Assembly: GCA_965223355.1 (NCBI GenBank)
Contig: CBDCWE010000003.1
Span: 4,833,804-4,897,803 of the forward strand
Direction of reading: 5' to 3'
Source of the DNA: Hyphomicrobiaceae bacterium
GTDB lineage: Bacteria > Pseudomonadota > Alphaproteobacteria > Rhizobiales > Hyphomicrobiaceae
DNA: 64,000 nt
A model generated the notes under the pieces. It did no database searches. It was not told where the DNA came from and worked only from the letters and a program-made list of their open reading frames with translations. Shown piece by piece: positions 1 to 10,633 of the stretch. Position numbers and translations under genes: made by a program. Numbering within the stretch: position 1 is the stretch's first letter; every line of letters starts with the position of its first letter.

Positions 1-116
1 GGCCAATCCTGAGCGCCGTCGGTGCGTGTGCCCCGGCCCCTTGAGGGCGTCAGCCGTGCTCACCATAGCGCACGCTATGCTTGCGCACGCCTTCCCGCTC
101 ACGAACCAGGGCAGCG

Positions 117-154
117 GATCTCAATGCACCATTTTAAGTGATTGAGACCACTAG
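117..154 (-). repeat. D-type short repeat (CTAGTGGTCTCAATCAC + AATGGYGCATT tail), copy 1
   Basis: Reverse complement of 117-154 aligns almost base for base with 30576-30613. Its CTAG (151-154) contains the TAG stop of the SDR gene. Confidence 0.6.
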
Positions 155-903
155 TGAAACACGCGACCGGAATCGATCACGAGGGTCTGACCGGTGGTCG
201 TATCACTCTTGCAGAAGGCGACTACCTGGTTGGCGCAATCGTCTTTGTCGGCGGGTCTTTCAAGGATGGCGGCGGCGGCCGCCTTGTCGATCTGGTCTTG
301 CAAGAGATTGGCGGTTGCGCGGGTGCCTTCGATCAGGCCCGGGGCCACGCAGTTGACGGTGATCTCAGGGGCAAGCGCGACGGCCATGCACTTTGTCAGG
401 TGATTGAGGCCGGCCTTCGAGACAGCATAGGCAATCGACGAGCCGATCGGTTGGAGGCCGGCCACTGAAGAAATGTTGACGATCCGGCCGCCGCCTTGGC
501 GCTTCATGTATGGCGCGACGGCCTTGCACAACAGCATCGGCCCGGTGAGGTTGATGGACAGGATCTTGGTCCAGATTTCGAGCGTGAGTTCATCGAGGTT
601 CTGGTACGGGATGGCTTTGTTGAAGGCGGCGTCGTTGATCAGAATGTCGAGGCGGCCGAAGTGCTCGCCTACACGTTCAACGAGCGCGTTGACGCTCGCT
701 TCATCGGCAACATCGCAGGCCATGGCGCAGGCGTTGACCTGGTAGTCGCGGCGCATGGTGTCGGCGACGGTTCCGGCCTCGTCGGAGCTGCGGGCATAGA
801 CGACGGCGATGTGGCAACCCTCGCGCGCAAGCGCATGACAGATACGCTGGCCGAGGCCGCCGTTGCCGCCCGTCACGACGGCGACTTTGTCCTTGAGATG
901 CAT
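151..903 (-). CDS. SDR-family oxidoreductase
   Basis: ORF 151..951 trimmed to the ATG at 903. Has the Rossmann motif VAVVTGGNGGLG and the catalytic YAVSK (YxxxK) motif. Confidence 0.85.
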   Translation of the reverse strand: MHLKDKVAVVTGGNGGLGQRICHALAREGCHIAVVYARSSDEAGTVADTMRRDYQVNACAMACDVADEASVNALVERVGEHFGRLDILINDAAFNKAIPYQNLDELTLEIWTKILSINLTGPMLLCKAVAPYMKRQGGGRIVNISSVAGLQPIGSSIAYAVSKAGLNHLTKCMAVALAPEITVNCVAPGLIEGTRATANLLQDQIDKAAAAAILERPADKDDCANQVVAFCKSDTTTGQTLVIDSGRVFH

Positions 904-1029
904 GTGGACCCCCTCATCAACCCTCATCAAGACGTCATCTGTTGATCGCAAGCATAGCGCTGGACCGGACGTGTCCGGAAGCTGCTGTTAACTCCTTCGC
1001 ACGCCAGCCATGTCGGCGGCACCGGGTTG

Positions 1030-1818
1030 CTACTTGCCCTGCCAACTGGGCTTGCGCTTGGCGAAGAAGGCTTCAATGCCCTCCTTGAGGTCGGCGCTGG
1101 CATAGACCTGTGAGATGACGTCGTGGTCGTCGATCGGTGCGATTTGACGGCGCATGCGGCGCAGGATTTCCTTGGTAGCGCGCATGGTCAACGGCGCGTT
1201 GGCCTTGATGCGGGTTGCCAGTTCCCAGGCCCGGGCGCGGACGGCGGCATTGTCTTCAACCACTTCATTGACCAGGCCGCAGGCGAGCGCCTCGTCGGCT
1301 GCCATCAGGCGCGATGTCAGGATCAGGTCGAGCACCTTGGCTTCGCCGAGCAGGCCTTTGAGGCGGCCGAGGGTCGCAGCCGAAAGGCAGTTGCCGAGCG
1401 TGCGCGCGATCGGAAAGCCAAACTTCATATCGCGTGAGGCGATGCGCAGATCGCAAACCGAGGCGATGCCGGCGCCGCCGCCAGTGCAGGCGCCGGAAAT
1501 GGCGGCGATGGTCGGCACCGGGCACATTTCCATGCGCGCGAAGTTAAGATCTCCGCTGCGCTCATACTGAATGCCTTTGTCGGCGCTGAAATCGCGAAAG
1601 ATCGAGATGTCCGTGCCGGCGGCAAAGGCCTTATCGCCGGCACCGGTGATAACGATGACCTTGACGGAGCCGTCGGTTGGCGCGCCTTCGAGGATGTCGG
1701 CGATCTGGCCGTACATCTCGAGTTTCAGCGCGTTGCGCGCCTGCGGCCGGTTGATGGTGATGAGACCAATCTCGTCGGTAACGTCGTAGCGGAGCTCTTC
1801 GGAGGGACTTGTCGACAT
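1030..1818 (-). CDS. enoyl-CoA hydratase/isomerase (crotonase) family protein
   Basis: ORF 1030..1911 trimmed to the ATG at 1818 (MSTSPSEEL). Crotonase signatures ITGAGDKAFAAGTDI and GACTGGGAGIA. Only 4 nt separate it from the upstream gene. Confidence 0.85.
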   Translation of the reverse strand: MSTSPSEELRYDVTDEIGLITINRPQARNALKLEMYGQIADILEGAPTDGSVKVIVITGAGDKAFAAGTDISIFRDFSADKGIQYERSGDLNFARMEMCPVPTIAAISGACTGGGAGIASVCDLRIASRDMKFGFPIARTLGNCLSAATLGRLKGLLGEAKVLDLILTSRLMAADEALACGLVNEVVEDNAAVRARAWELATRIKANAPLTMRATKEILRRMRRQIAPIDDHDVISQVYASADLKEGIEAFFAKRKPSWQGK

Positions 1819-1822
1819 CGGG

Positions 1823-3034
1823 TTATGGCTTTCTGTCCTGGTTTGCTGCCGGCGCTGTATCCGACAAGTAGTCCATCGCGACCTGAACGCCGCCTTTGCT
1901 GTGCGGTACACCGGCGAGTTGCAGGCTCATTTCGACGCCCGAGAGTGTGGCAATCAGGGTGAGATCGTTGATGTCGCCGAGATGACCAATGCGAAACACC
2001 TTGCCGGCAACCTTGGACAAGCCGGTACCGAGCGACATGTCGAAATTGTCGAGCACGACGTTGCGGAAGCTATCGGCGTTATGGCCGGCCGGCATGACGA
2101 CCGCGGTCAGCACGGGTGAGAAATACTTCCGGTTGGTGATGAGGTTCTCAAACCCCCAGGCAGCGACTGCTCGGCGCGTCGCTTCGCCATGGCGGACGTG
2201 GCGGGCAAAGACCTTATCGAGGCCTTCCTCGTGCAGCATATCGATTGCTTCAGCGAGGCCGTAGAGCAGGTTGGTCGCCGGCGTATAGGGGAAAAAGCCG
2301 TTGGCATTGTTGGCCAGCATTTCTTCCCACGACCAGAACAGTTTTGGCAGTTTGGCGGTTTTCGATGCCTGCAATGCTTTGTCGGAGATGGCATTGAACG
2401 AAATGCCGGGCGGCAGCATCAGGCCCTTTTGCGATCCCGACACGGTCACGTCGACGCCCCATTCATCGTGGCGATAGTCGGCCGAGGCGAGACCCGAAAT
2501 CGTGTCGACCATCAACAGGGCCGGATGGCCGGTGTTGTCGATCGCCTGGCGAACCTCGTCGATGCGTGACATGGCGCCGGTGGAGGTTTCATTGTGGACG
2601 ACGCAGACGGCCTTCAGTTCGTGGTTGGTATCGGCCTGCAGGCGCGCCGCGATGCGGTCGGCCTCGGCGCCCGAGCGCCAGTCGGTCTCGATGAATTCCG
2701 GCACCAGACCAAGTTTCAGCGCCATGTTTTTCCACAGCGTTGCAAAGTGACCGGTCTCATACATCAGCACCTTGTCACCGGGCGACATGGTGTTGATGAG
2801 GGCGGCTTCCCACGCGCCGGTTCCTGACGCCGGGTAGATGATGACCGGTTTCTCGGTTTTGAAGATGGTTTTGATGCCGGCCAGAACCCGGTGGCCAAGC
2901 TTTTGGAATTGCGGCCCGCGGTGGTCGATCACGGGCATCGCCATCGCTTTCAAGATGCGGTCGGGGACCGGTGAAGGTCCCGGGATCTGCAGGAAGTGAC
3001 GGCCTGCAATGCGCGGTTCGTTCGATCCTGCCAT
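1823..3034 (-). CDS. class V aminotransferase (serine-glyoxylate / alanine-glyoxylate type)
   Basis: ORF trimmed to MAGSNEP. Has FLQIPGPSPVP at the N-terminus and the PLP-lysine context SGSQKGLMLPPG. Confidence 0.85.
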   Translation of the reverse strand: MAGSNEPRIAGRHFLQIPGPSPVPDRILKAMAMPVIDHRGPQFQKLGHRVLAGIKTIFKTEKPVIIYPASGTGAWEAALINTMSPGDKVLMYETGHFATLWKNMALKLGLVPEFIETDWRSGAEADRIAARLQADTNHELKAVCVVHNETSTGAMSRIDEVRQAIDNTGHPALLMVDTISGLASADYRHDEWGVDVTVSGSQKGLMLPPGISFNAISDKALQASKTAKLPKLFWSWEEMLANNANGFFPYTPATNLLYGLAEAIDMLHEEGLDKVFARHVRHGEATRRAVAAWGFENLITNRKYFSPVLTAVVMPAGHNADSFRNVVLDNFDMSLGTGLSKVAGKVFRIGHLGDINDLTLIATLSGVEMSLQLAGVPHSKGGVQVAMDYLSDTAPAANQDRKP

Positions 3035-3170
3035 GACGACGTCTCCCTTGCGGCCAGCAGCCACGTCCTGTCATACGGCCAGCAGCCACGGCCTATCATG
3101 CGCCGACCTGTTTGCCGGTTTCGTTCACCGATCGCGGCAGTCCCAGATCTTTCAACCGACGCCTTCATAA

Positions 3171-3189
3171 ATTGTATACAATATACAAT
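3171..3189. promoter_or_regulatory. candidate GntR-type operator (ATTGTATA-CAA-TATACAAT, core TTGTATACAA)
   Basis: Perfect 10-bp palindrome TTGTATACAA in an AT-rich patch about 140 bp upstream of the aminotransferase start. It has the same TTGT-N-ACAA logic as the sites at 8633-8664. Confidence 0.3.
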
Positions 3190-3369
3190 GTCCCATAGAA
3201 TTCCGGCGAGATCAAGCCACATTTTTTGGCGCTTCGGTCGGTCGTGAAGCTTCAACAGCTTGTCCGCGGTCAGCTCGAGGCGGCGGATTGACGTTGACGG
3301 CCTCGCTGCAGTCTCACAACATCGACTGCTCGCGCCCGGCCCGCGCGGACAACCTCCTGAAAGTTCACA

Positions 3370-5055
3370 TCAGCTGCCAATACCACGTCGCTGCCGCCGC
3401 TCTCGCATTTGTTCAGGGTCCGGGATTGGCGTCGCTGCCAGCAAATCAATTGTGTAGTTTTGTTGCGGGTTATTGAAGATCTGATCGACCGAGCCCTGCT
3501 CGACGATCTTGCCGGATTTCATGACGATCACACGATCAGCCAACTCCTTCACAACCGGCAGGTCATGCGCAATGAAAAGGTAGGACAAGCCAAAGCTATC
3601 GCGCAGTTCGCCCAGCAGCGAGACGATTTGCGCCTGTATCGATACATCGAGCGCCGAAACCGCTTCATCGCAAATGATGATCTCGGGTTGCAGTGCGAGC
3701 GCGCGCGCAATGGCGATGCGCTGGCGCTGGCCACCCGAAAACTCGTGCGGGTGCCGCTCGGCGTGGTCCGGTGCCATGCCGACGCTTTCGAGAAGCTCGA
3801 CGACACGGTCGCGATGCCTTTCTTTGGCTATGACATCGCGATGGATCAGCCATGGCTCGGAAATAATCTCGAACACACTCATGGTTGGATTGAGTGACGC
3901 GAAGGGATCCTGGAACACGGCTTGAAAACGCCGTCTAAAGTGCATGAGCTCATCGCCGGAGAGGCCGAAAATGTCCTTGCCGCCATACGTGGCGGAGCCG
4001 CTTGTCGGCTCAACCAGGCGCAGCAGAAGATGAGATACAGTTGTCTTGCCGGAACCGGATTCACCCACAATGCCCACGGTTTCGCCGGCATAAAGATCGA
4101 AACTGACACCGTCACACGCCTTCACGACCTCGCCCGACCAAACGGAGAAGAGCCCACTTTGAACCTGGTAGTGCTTCGTCAACTCCTGAACACGCAGGAT
4201 CGGTTGCCGATCGTCTCCGGGCTCGTTGTCCTGGCGGTCCTTACCGGCCGCACCAAGGCTGGGAATGGCACTTATCAGCCGCTTGGTGTAAGCATGTTCC
4301 GGATCGGCAAAAACTTTCTGAACCGGTCCTTCTTCAACGATCTCGCCGGCATTCATGACGACGATCCGGTCTGCGACTTCGGCAGCAACGCCGAGATCAT
4401 GGGTGATCAGGATCAGGCCCATACCGCGTTCATTGCGCAGCTCCATAAGCAGATCCAGAATTTGCGCCTGTACCGTGACATCCAGCGCCGTTGTCGGCTC
4501 ATCGGCAATCAAAATGTCGGGCTCCAGTGCCAAGGCCATGGCAATCATGATGCGCTGGCGCTGGCCGCCGGAAAACTGATGCGGATAATCTTTCGCCCGC
4601 CGCGCGCCATCTGGGATACGCACGCGATCCAAAAGGTCGACGGCACGCGTCCACGCCTCTCGTCGGCCGAGACCACGATGAATACGAAAGCATTCAGCGA
4701 TCTGCCAGCCGACAGTGAACACCGGATTGAGGTGCGCTAGGGTGTCCTGAAAGATCATCGCGATCTTTTCACCCATGAGGTTACGTCGCCGGGTGTTCGG
4801 CAACTCCAGGATGTTGATACCATCAAGGTAGACCTCACCGCTGCGCACAAAGCCGGGCGGACTATCGAGAATGCCCATGACGACAGACGCACTGACGCTT
4901 TTGCCGGAACCGCTTTCACCGAGGATCGCGAGCGTTTCTCCACGCTGAAGATCAAAGCTGATGCCGTTGACCGCATCAACATCACCGCCGCTTGTGTGAA
5001 ATGAGACGGCCAGATCGCGCACATCAAGCAATGGTTGCGATTGCTCAACCATTTT
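3370..5055 (-). CDS. ABC transporter ATP-binding protein, duplicated (fused DppD/DppF-like) ATPase
   Basis: Two Walker A motifs (GESGSGKS twice) and two signature motifs (FSGGQRQR twice). Start taken at MVEQSQPLL. Confidence 0.9.
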   Translation of the reverse strand, partial: KMVEQSQPLLDVRDLAVSFHTSGGDVDAVNGISFDLQRGETLAILGESGSGKSVSASVVMGILDSPPGFVRSGEVYLDGINILELPNTRRRNLMGEKIAMIFQDTLAHLNPVFTVGWQIAECFRIHRGLGRREAWTRAVDLLDRVRIPDGARRAKDYPHQFSGGQRQRIMIAMALALEPDILIADEPTTALDVTVQAQILDLLMELRNERGMGLILITHDLGVAAEVADRIVVMNAGEIVEEGPVQKVFADPEHAYTKRLISAIPSLGAAGKDRQDNEPGDDRQPILRVQELTKHYQVQSGLFSVWSGEVVKACDGVSFDLYAGETVGIVGESGSGKTTVSHLLLRLVEPTSGSATYGGKDIFGLSGDELMHFRRRFQAVFQDPFASLNPTMSVFEIISEPWLIHRDVIAKERHRDRVVELLESVGMAPDHAERHPHEFSGGQRQRIAIARALALQPEIIICDEAVSALDVSIQAQIVSLLGELRDSFGLSYLFIAHDLPVVKELADRVIVMKSGKIVEQGSVDQIFNNPQQNYTIDLLAATPIPDPEQMRERRQRRGIGS

Positions 5056-5980
5056 TGCTCCCCGGGATTTCCAAACGCCATCGTTGAATCGGATCAAGCG
5101 CAATGCGCAGCCAGCTTGAAAGCAGATTGAGGGACAGCGTGGTGAGCATGATCATCAGCCCTGGAAAAAAGGCCAGCCACCAAGCTGTCTGTAGATAGTT
5201 GCGGCCCTGGGCCACCATCAGTCCCCAGGTGATCTCTGGCGGTTGGATGCCGATGCCGAGGAAACTGAGCGCCGATTCGCCCAGCATGACGAAAGCAAAC
5301 TCCAGGGTTGCGATCGTCATCAATGTCGGCAGGACAAGCGGAGTTATGTGGCGGCGAACGATCCGCGAGGTGCTGGCTCCCATAACATGCGCCGCCGACA
5401 CAAACAGTCTTTCGCGGATCTCGAGAACCTCCGCCCGCGCGGTACGCATGTAAATCGGCATGCGCGTGAAGCCGAGCACCAGGATAAGATTGGCGACGTG
5501 CGGCTCGAACATGTAGAGCACCACGACGGCGATGAGCAGCGAGGGAAAGCTCATGATGACATCGGCGAGACGCATGATGATGCTGCCGATCCAACCGCCC
5601 GCATAACCTGCGATCAGACCGAGCGTACCGCCGATGACCATCGAAAAGGCAACGGCGCTGGCTGCAATTGCCATCGTGTTTTGGCTGGCGACAAGCAACC
5701 GGGCGAGCATGCTGCGACCAAGTGAGTCCGCGCCAAGCAAATACAGCCACCCATGCTCAAATGTAAATGGTGGTAAATTTCTGAGCCGCAGGTTCATCTT
5801 TGTTGCAACGTCGCCGAGCAACCACGGCCCGATGACTGCACAAACAAACACGATTGTGAGAAACGCGGCGGAGCAAAATGCAAACTTGTCATTCCACAAC
5901 AACGTGATGATGCGTCGACGTCTGCCCGCTCGCCTGGCCAATTCGATCGATGCATTGGTCTTGTCGGTCGCTTGGGTCAT
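5045..5980 (-). CDS. ABC transporter permease (DppC/OppC-like)
   Basis: Multi-TM protein, start trimmed to MTQATDK. It overlaps the ATPase start by 11 nt and abuts the upstream permease. Confidence 0.85.
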   Translation of the reverse strand: MTQATDKTNASIELARRAGRRRRIITLLWNDKFAFCSAAFLTIVFVCAVIGPWLLGDVATKMNLRLRNLPPFTFEHGWLYLLGADSLGRSMLARLLVASQNTMAIAASAVAFSMVIGGTLGLIAGYAGGWIGSIIMRLADVIMSFPSLLIAVVVLYMFEPHVANLILVLGFTRMPIYMRTARAEVLEIRERLFVSAAHVMGASTSRIVRRHITPLVLPTLMTIATLEFAFVMLGESALSFLGIGIQPPEITWGLMVAQGRNYLQTAWWLAFFPGLMIMLTTLSLNLLSSWLRIALDPIQRWRLEIPGSKNG

Positions 5981-5981
5981 G

Positions 5982-6899
5982 TCAATTGTGCCTGATCCGG
6001 GGATCGAGCACCGCATAAGCAATGTCGACAACGATATTGATCGACAAGATGACGATCGCCGTAACAAGAATCGAAGCTTGCACGACCGCAAAATCACGTT
6101 GAATGATGGAGTCGATCATCAGCTTACCAATGCCCGGCCAGCCGAATATCGTTTCCACGATGACCGCCCCGTTCGCGATGCTCGCCGCCTGATCACCGGC
6201 GACGGTTATGACCGGAAGCATTGCGTTACGCAGGGAATGAACGAAAATTACAGAGCTCTCCCGGACGCCCTTTGCACGCGCCGTCTTTACGAATGCTGAA
6301 CTGAGAACGGTCAGCATCGAAGCCCGCACGACCTGCACCATGAGGCCGAAGGGACGAATGACCAGTACGCCAATCGGCATGATCCAGTATGGCAGGCCGC
6401 CTATCCCGGACGTCGGCAACCACTCAAGAGTGACGGAAAACAGCAAGATGGCAGTTATGGCCACCCAGAAGTCTGGTGCACTGGCACTGATCAAAGAGGC
6501 GATGCTGGACATGCGATCGAACATGCCGCCCGGCCTATAGGCTGCGAGCGCACCGACGATGATGGCGCCAACCATTGCAATTGTCATTGCTACGGCGGCC
6601 AGCCACAGCGTCACCGGGATGGCTTCGAGCACGACGTCAATTGCTGGACGCTGCTTGCGGATCGATTGACCAAGCTCACCCTGCACCAGGTCGGACACGT
6701 ACCGGCCGAATTGGACGTATGTCGGATCGTCAAATCCGTGCTTCTTGGTGAACTCCTGTCGGGCTTCAAGCGTGGCATCGATGGGCAGATACAAATTGCC
6801 CGGGTCGCCGGTCAAACGCACAAGAAAGAATACAAGGATCAGCAATCCAGCAAGTGAGAAGAAGCTGTGTATCGTCCGCTTGAGGAGATAAGCATGCAT
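5982..6899 (-). CDS. ABC transporter permease (DppB/OppB-like)
   Basis: N-terminus MHAYLLKRTIHSFFSLAGLLILVF is typical of DppB-type permeases. About six TM segments. Confidence 0.85.
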   Translation of the reverse strand: MHAYLLKRTIHSFFSLAGLLILVFFLVRLTGDPGNLYLPIDATLEARQEFTKKHGFDDPTYVQFGRYVSDLVQGELGQSIRKQRPAIDVVLEAIPVTLWLAAVAMTIAMVGAIIVGALAAYRPGGMFDRMSSIASLISASAPDFWVAITAILLFSVTLEWLPTSGIGGLPYWIMPIGVLVIRPFGLMVQVVRASMLTVLSSAFVKTARAKGVRESSVIFVHSLRNAMLPVITVAGDQAASIANGAVIVETIFGWPGIGKLMIDSIIQRDFAVVQASILVTAIVILSINIVVDIAYAVLDPRIRHN

Positions 6900-6989
6900 C
6901 GCGAGCAGACCTGCATCAAACTCGCCTCCGGCGGGTGGACTGCCCGCCGGAGGCGCTTACAAGGTGCAACTATATCGCGAATATCGCGA

Positions 6990-8486
6990 TTATCGGAATT
7001 TGACCTGCGAAAGCTGCAGCTCGCTGTTCGTCGAGATCGAAGGTGTGAAGTTCAACCGGCTGGAAACTCGTGAAAAGCCGACCATATGGAACATCTGCAC
7101 ATCGGGAACGATGTCCTGATGCAACCGTCGGAAGACTTCCTGCCAGAGCTTGCGACGCTTGTCACCGGTTGCTGCACTTGCCGCGGTAATTCCTTCATCG
7201 ACCTGCTTGTCACATATTGTCGACTGCGGTCCCTCGCAAGCATATTTGAAGAACACCGAGAACACGGCATCACCGTTGTTGTTATCGTGCTGGCTTTGTT
7301 GCAAAACAGGTCCGCGATCCTCGGCATAAGGTTTGGTGAAGATCTTCACCCACTGGCTGACTTCCATCATTTTCAGTTTCACTTTGAAGCCCACGTCGGT
7401 CAGCATCGCGTGCATTGCTTCCATGGCCTCAGTCGCGTTGGGATACATGCCAAGGCGGCCGACTATCAGAATTTCCTTGTCGACGGGAACGCCGGCCGCC
7501 TTGGCCTGCGCGAGAAGTTTCCTGGCCTTGACCGGATCATAGGGCCATGGCTTGAGCGCCGGGTTGTGCCCGTTGATGCTCGGCACGACGATTTGCGTCA
7601 TCGGCACGACGTCCTTACTGAAGATGCTTCCCTGCAGGGCATCGCGATCGATGGCGTAGTTCATGGCCTTTCGAACACGGATATCATCAAGCGGTGCCCG
7701 CGTTACATCAATCCGAAGGCGTGAAGTTTCGGAGTTGAAGTAACTGAAATCCAATTTCGGATCGGTTGCATCCTGCAAGGCGATATTCGGTGCGATGTCG
7801 GCTTCGCCCTTCTTCACCATCGCGGCGCGCACGGCCGACTCGCTGCGCCAGATATAGCGAGCGCCGGTGACTGGCGGTTTGCCCCCCCAGTAGCCGTCAA
7901 ATCGCACCAAGCGCACGTCCTGTCCCGGTGTCCAGCTCGCGAACTTGTATGGACCGGTCCCGACCGGATTGCGCGTGCCCTTGTTCGGCTGGGTTTTCGG
8001 CCCGGATATCACCATCGTGCCCATCAGCGCCGGCAGGATCGGTTGAGGCTTTTCGGTCTTGACCTCAAGCGTTTCGGCATCCACGGTGGTCGCCGTAAGC
8101 TTGATGTTGCCGAAAAATTTCAGACGGATTTCACAGTCCTGCGTCGGGTCGAGGTTGCGCTTGATCGCGATAACGGCGGCTGCCGCGTTGAAATCTGAAC
8201 CGTCGTGGAATTTAACACCTTTGCGCAGTTTGAAACGCCAGGTCAGTTTGTCGACCTGGCTCCAGGCTGTTGCAAGACGCGGCGTGATGCTTCCGTCCTT
8301 CGGATCAATCTCAACCAGTGTCTCGGCGATATTCTGCTTTACAATACGACCGACATTGGATCGGGTCGCTTCGCACGGATCGATAACATCCGGCTCCTCA
8401 GACAGTACCACCGTTATCTCTTTGGCCTGTGCAAACGTTGGCGCAGCAAGTGTACATGCCAACAGGCATACTGAGAGATATCGCAT
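6990..8486 (-). CDS. ABC transporter substrate-binding protein, family 5 (peptide/nickel type)
   Basis: Start trimmed to MRYLSVCLLACTLAAPTFAQA (signal peptide). Length and composition fit the SBP_bac_5 family. First gene of the transporter operon. Confidence 0.85.
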   Translation of the reverse strand: MRYLSVCLLACTLAAPTFAQAKEITVVLSEEPDVIDPCEATRSNVGRIVKQNIAETLVEIDPKDGSITPRLATAWSQVDKLTWRFKLRKGVKFHDGSDFNAAAAVIAIKRNLDPTQDCEIRLKFFGNIKLTATTVDAETLEVKTEKPQPILPALMGTMVISGPKTQPNKGTRNPVGTGPYKFASWTPGQDVRLVRFDGYWGGKPPVTGARYIWRSESAVRAAMVKKGEADIAPNIALQDATDPKLDFSYFNSETSRLRIDVTRAPLDDIRVRKAMNYAIDRDALQGSIFSKDVVPMTQIVVPSINGHNPALKPWPYDPVKARKLLAQAKAAGVPVDKEILIVGRLGMYPNATEAMEAMHAMLTDVGFKVKLKMMEVSQWVKIFTKPYAEDRGPVLQQSQHDNNNGDAVFSVFFKYACEGPQSTICDKQVDEGITAASAATGDKRRKLWQEVFRRLHQDIVPDVQMFHMVGFSRVSSRLNFTPSISTNSELQLSQVKFR

Positions 8487-8632
8487 TCCTCGTGCTCCCT
8501 GAATTTGCGGCTGTCGAATGGCCGCTGCTGCCACGTTCGTGTCGTCAACGGGGACACCGGGGCTGTGATCGATGTCGGTCCACGGAAGACGTCCAGCGGT
8601 GGCCACGCTGGCTTATTTTGTTGTTATCTAAG

Positions 8633-8664
8633 TTGTCTGACAAGTTTTACACTCTGTCAAGACA
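8633..8664. promoter_or_regulatory. two candidate GntR-type operators (TTGTCTGACAA and TGTCAAGACA)
   Basis: Two short perfect inverted repeats of the form TGT-N-ACA. They lie in the AT-rich divergent region between the transporter operon and the GntR gene. Confidence 0.3.
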
Positions 8665-8949
8665 TGCTCAATTTGTTTCGAACTCGCGCTTCACGCGGTC
8701 GAAGCCGTGGATGGAACACGCGTTCATGATCCCAAAGGCAAAATAATATCATTTATTTCAATAAATTAACTTGGAAGTCGGTCAGTAGATCACAAGCCAT
8801 CTTGCTTCAGAGATGATGCGTCGAGGTCGATCAGAACACGATCAATGGAGAGCTTGACAAAGCGAGTATGTGTAGAGAAGTTGTCAAATAAGATGTATGA
8901 TTTCCGCGTTAACGCAATGTGGGAGTAGACCGCTGATCTCAGTGCTCGT

Positions 8950-9050
8950 CCTAAGCAACCTGTGAATACGTCCGAGGTCCAGGGGATGATCCCCTGGTCG
9001 GGGTGTTTGAGGGGCTTTCAGCCCCTCATCGATCGCCGTTAAACGGCGCT
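8950..9050 (+). repeat. B-type multi-hairpin mosaic element, copy B1 (linker + H1-H3)
   Basis: Contains CCAGGGGatgatCCCCTGG, GAGGGGCtttcaGCCCCTC and GCCGTTaaACGGC, preceded by CTAAGCAACCTG (like the left end of the A element). Confidence 0.7.
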
Positions 9051-9091
9051 GCGGGACGACACGAATGAAGGCAATCCGCGATTAGCTGCAC

Positions 9092-9808
9092 ATGGTCGAA
9101 TTAAATCTGAAGATTGCGAAGCGCGAACGACTTGCGGACCAACTTTATGGTCAGCTCTTGGAGGCAATCGTCTCCGGTCATCTCAAAGAGGGTGACAAGC
9201 TGCCATCCGAAAACCAGATATCGCGGACTTACGAAGTTTCACGTCCCGTAACCAGGGAAGCACTGTTACGGCTTCAAGCGGACGGTTTGGTATACACGCG
9301 ACAGGGTTCGGGAACCTTTGTCAAATCACGGCCGCCCGAGGGGCTGATCCAGTTTGCCGAACCAGCCGATGTCGCGGGGCTGCTGAGATGCTTCGAGGCC
9401 CGGCTGCCATTCGAGGGTGCCGCCGCCAGTCTCGCTGCGCAACGCGCAACACCAGAACACATTGAGCGCATAGAAGCGACGCTCAGCGAGCTGGAGGAGG
9501 CTCTGCAGCGCCGCGACCTGGCGGACAAGGCCGACTATGATTTTCACATCGCAATTGCCCAGGCGACCGGCAATGATTTCTTCGTGAGTATCTTGTCCTC
9601 GCTCAACTCGGCAATTCAGTCAGGCATGCGAGTGGCGCTCAGCATATCAAAACGTGGCTCTCAAGAGCGTATCCGGAAAATTAGCGAAGAACACCGTGCC
9701 ATCGTCGATGCCATTTCGACAGGAGACCCGGTTGGGGCGGATCTGTCGATGCGCTATCACATCCATCGTGCCCGGTCCCGGGTGACCGACCATCTGCGTG
9801 ATCAATGA
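9092..9808 (+). CDS. GntR-family transcriptional regulator (FadR/FCD subfamily)
   Basis: N-terminal winged HTH (LPSENQISRTYEVSRPVTREALLRLQADGLV) plus a helical FCD-like C-terminal domain. Confidence 0.85.
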   Translation: MVELNLKIAKRERLADQLYGQLLEAIVSGHLKEGDKLPSENQISRTYEVSRPVTREALLRLQADGLVYTRQGSGTFVKSRPPEGLIQFAEPADVAGLLRCFEARLPFEGAAASLAAQRATPEHIERIEATLSELEEALQRRDLADKADYDFHIAIAQATGNDFFVSILSSLNSAIQSGMRVALSISKRGSQERIRKISEEHRAIVDAISTGDPVGADLSMRYHIHRARSRVTDHLRDQ

Positions 9809-9916
9809 GCAGCGTCGGCAGCATGCTGCCCCGGATCACGGCAAACCGGAGGTTTCACCGTCCGAACGGATAACCTTCGATATTGATGACAACTTGTAAC
9901 AGGGGCAACACGCGCC

Positions 9917-10633
9917 ATGACATTACGGCAGGTGACAAGAGAGCAGCTGAAACGGGTCAGCACCGCGACGATCTGCACAGCGCTGTTCAAGCGCGGTTTT
10001 CGCAACCAAATGATACAGAATGTGCAACCGCTCTCACGCCTCACCGGGTCCATGGTCGGCGAGGCGTTCACGTTGCGCTACATACCGGCTCGCGAAGACC
10101 TCAATTCTATCGAGGTCTTCCGTGACCGCTCCCATCCTCAACGAAAGGCCGTCGAAGAATGCCCGCCGGGTGCCGTCTTCGTCATCGACAGCCGCAAGGA
10201 CGCCCGCGCCGCCTCGGCCGGATCAATCCTGGTCACGCGTCTCTTGAAGCGCGGCGTGGCCGGTGTCGTAACCGATGGTGGATTTCGGGATGCGGTCGAG
10301 ATTGCAAACCTCGCAATCCCCTCGTTCCACCAACGCCCCTCCGCACCAACGAATTTAACCTGTCATCAGGCGCTCGATATCAATGTTCCGATCGGCTGCG
10401 GTGATGCTCCAGTGTTTCCCGGCGACGTTGTGGTCGGCGATAACGATGGTGTGGTTATCATACCGGCCCACCTTGCAAGTGAGATTGCCACTGAAGCAAC
10501 GGAAATGACGGCGTTCGAAGATTTCGTCACCGAAAAGGTCCACGAAGGTCAATCGATCCTGGGCCTCTATCCTGCGACGGACGACCAGACACTTGTGGCA
10601 TATGAAAAGTGGCGCAATGAAAAGGAGCGCTGA
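9917..10633 (+). CDS. RraA-family protein (HMG/CHA aldolase / oxaloacetate decarboxylase-like)
   Basis: VSTATICTALFKRGF at the N-terminus and VAGVVTDGGFRD are typical of the RraA / dimethylmenaquinone methyltransferase fold. Confidence 0.75.
   Translation: MTLRQVTREQLKRVSTATICTALFKRGFRNQMIQNVQPLSRLTGSMVGEAFTLRYIPAREDLNSIEVFRDRSHPQRKAVEECPPGAVFVIDSRKDARAASAGSILVTRLLKRGVAGVVTDGGFRDAVEIANLAIPSFHQRPSAPTNLTCHQALDINVPIGCGDAPVFPGDVVVGDNDGVVIIPAHLASEIATEATEMTAFEDFVTEKVHEGQSILGLYPATDDQTLVAYEKWRNEKER

Noticed and set aside
1-116. Possible 5' end of a minus-strand gene (ATG at 66-64, reading MVSTADALKGPGHTHRRRSGLA...) and a palindrome CATAGCG-CA-CGCTATG at 64-79
   Set aside because: Only 22 codons are visible before the window edge, which is too little to support a call. 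The palindrome is noted, but a single occurrence is not interpretable.
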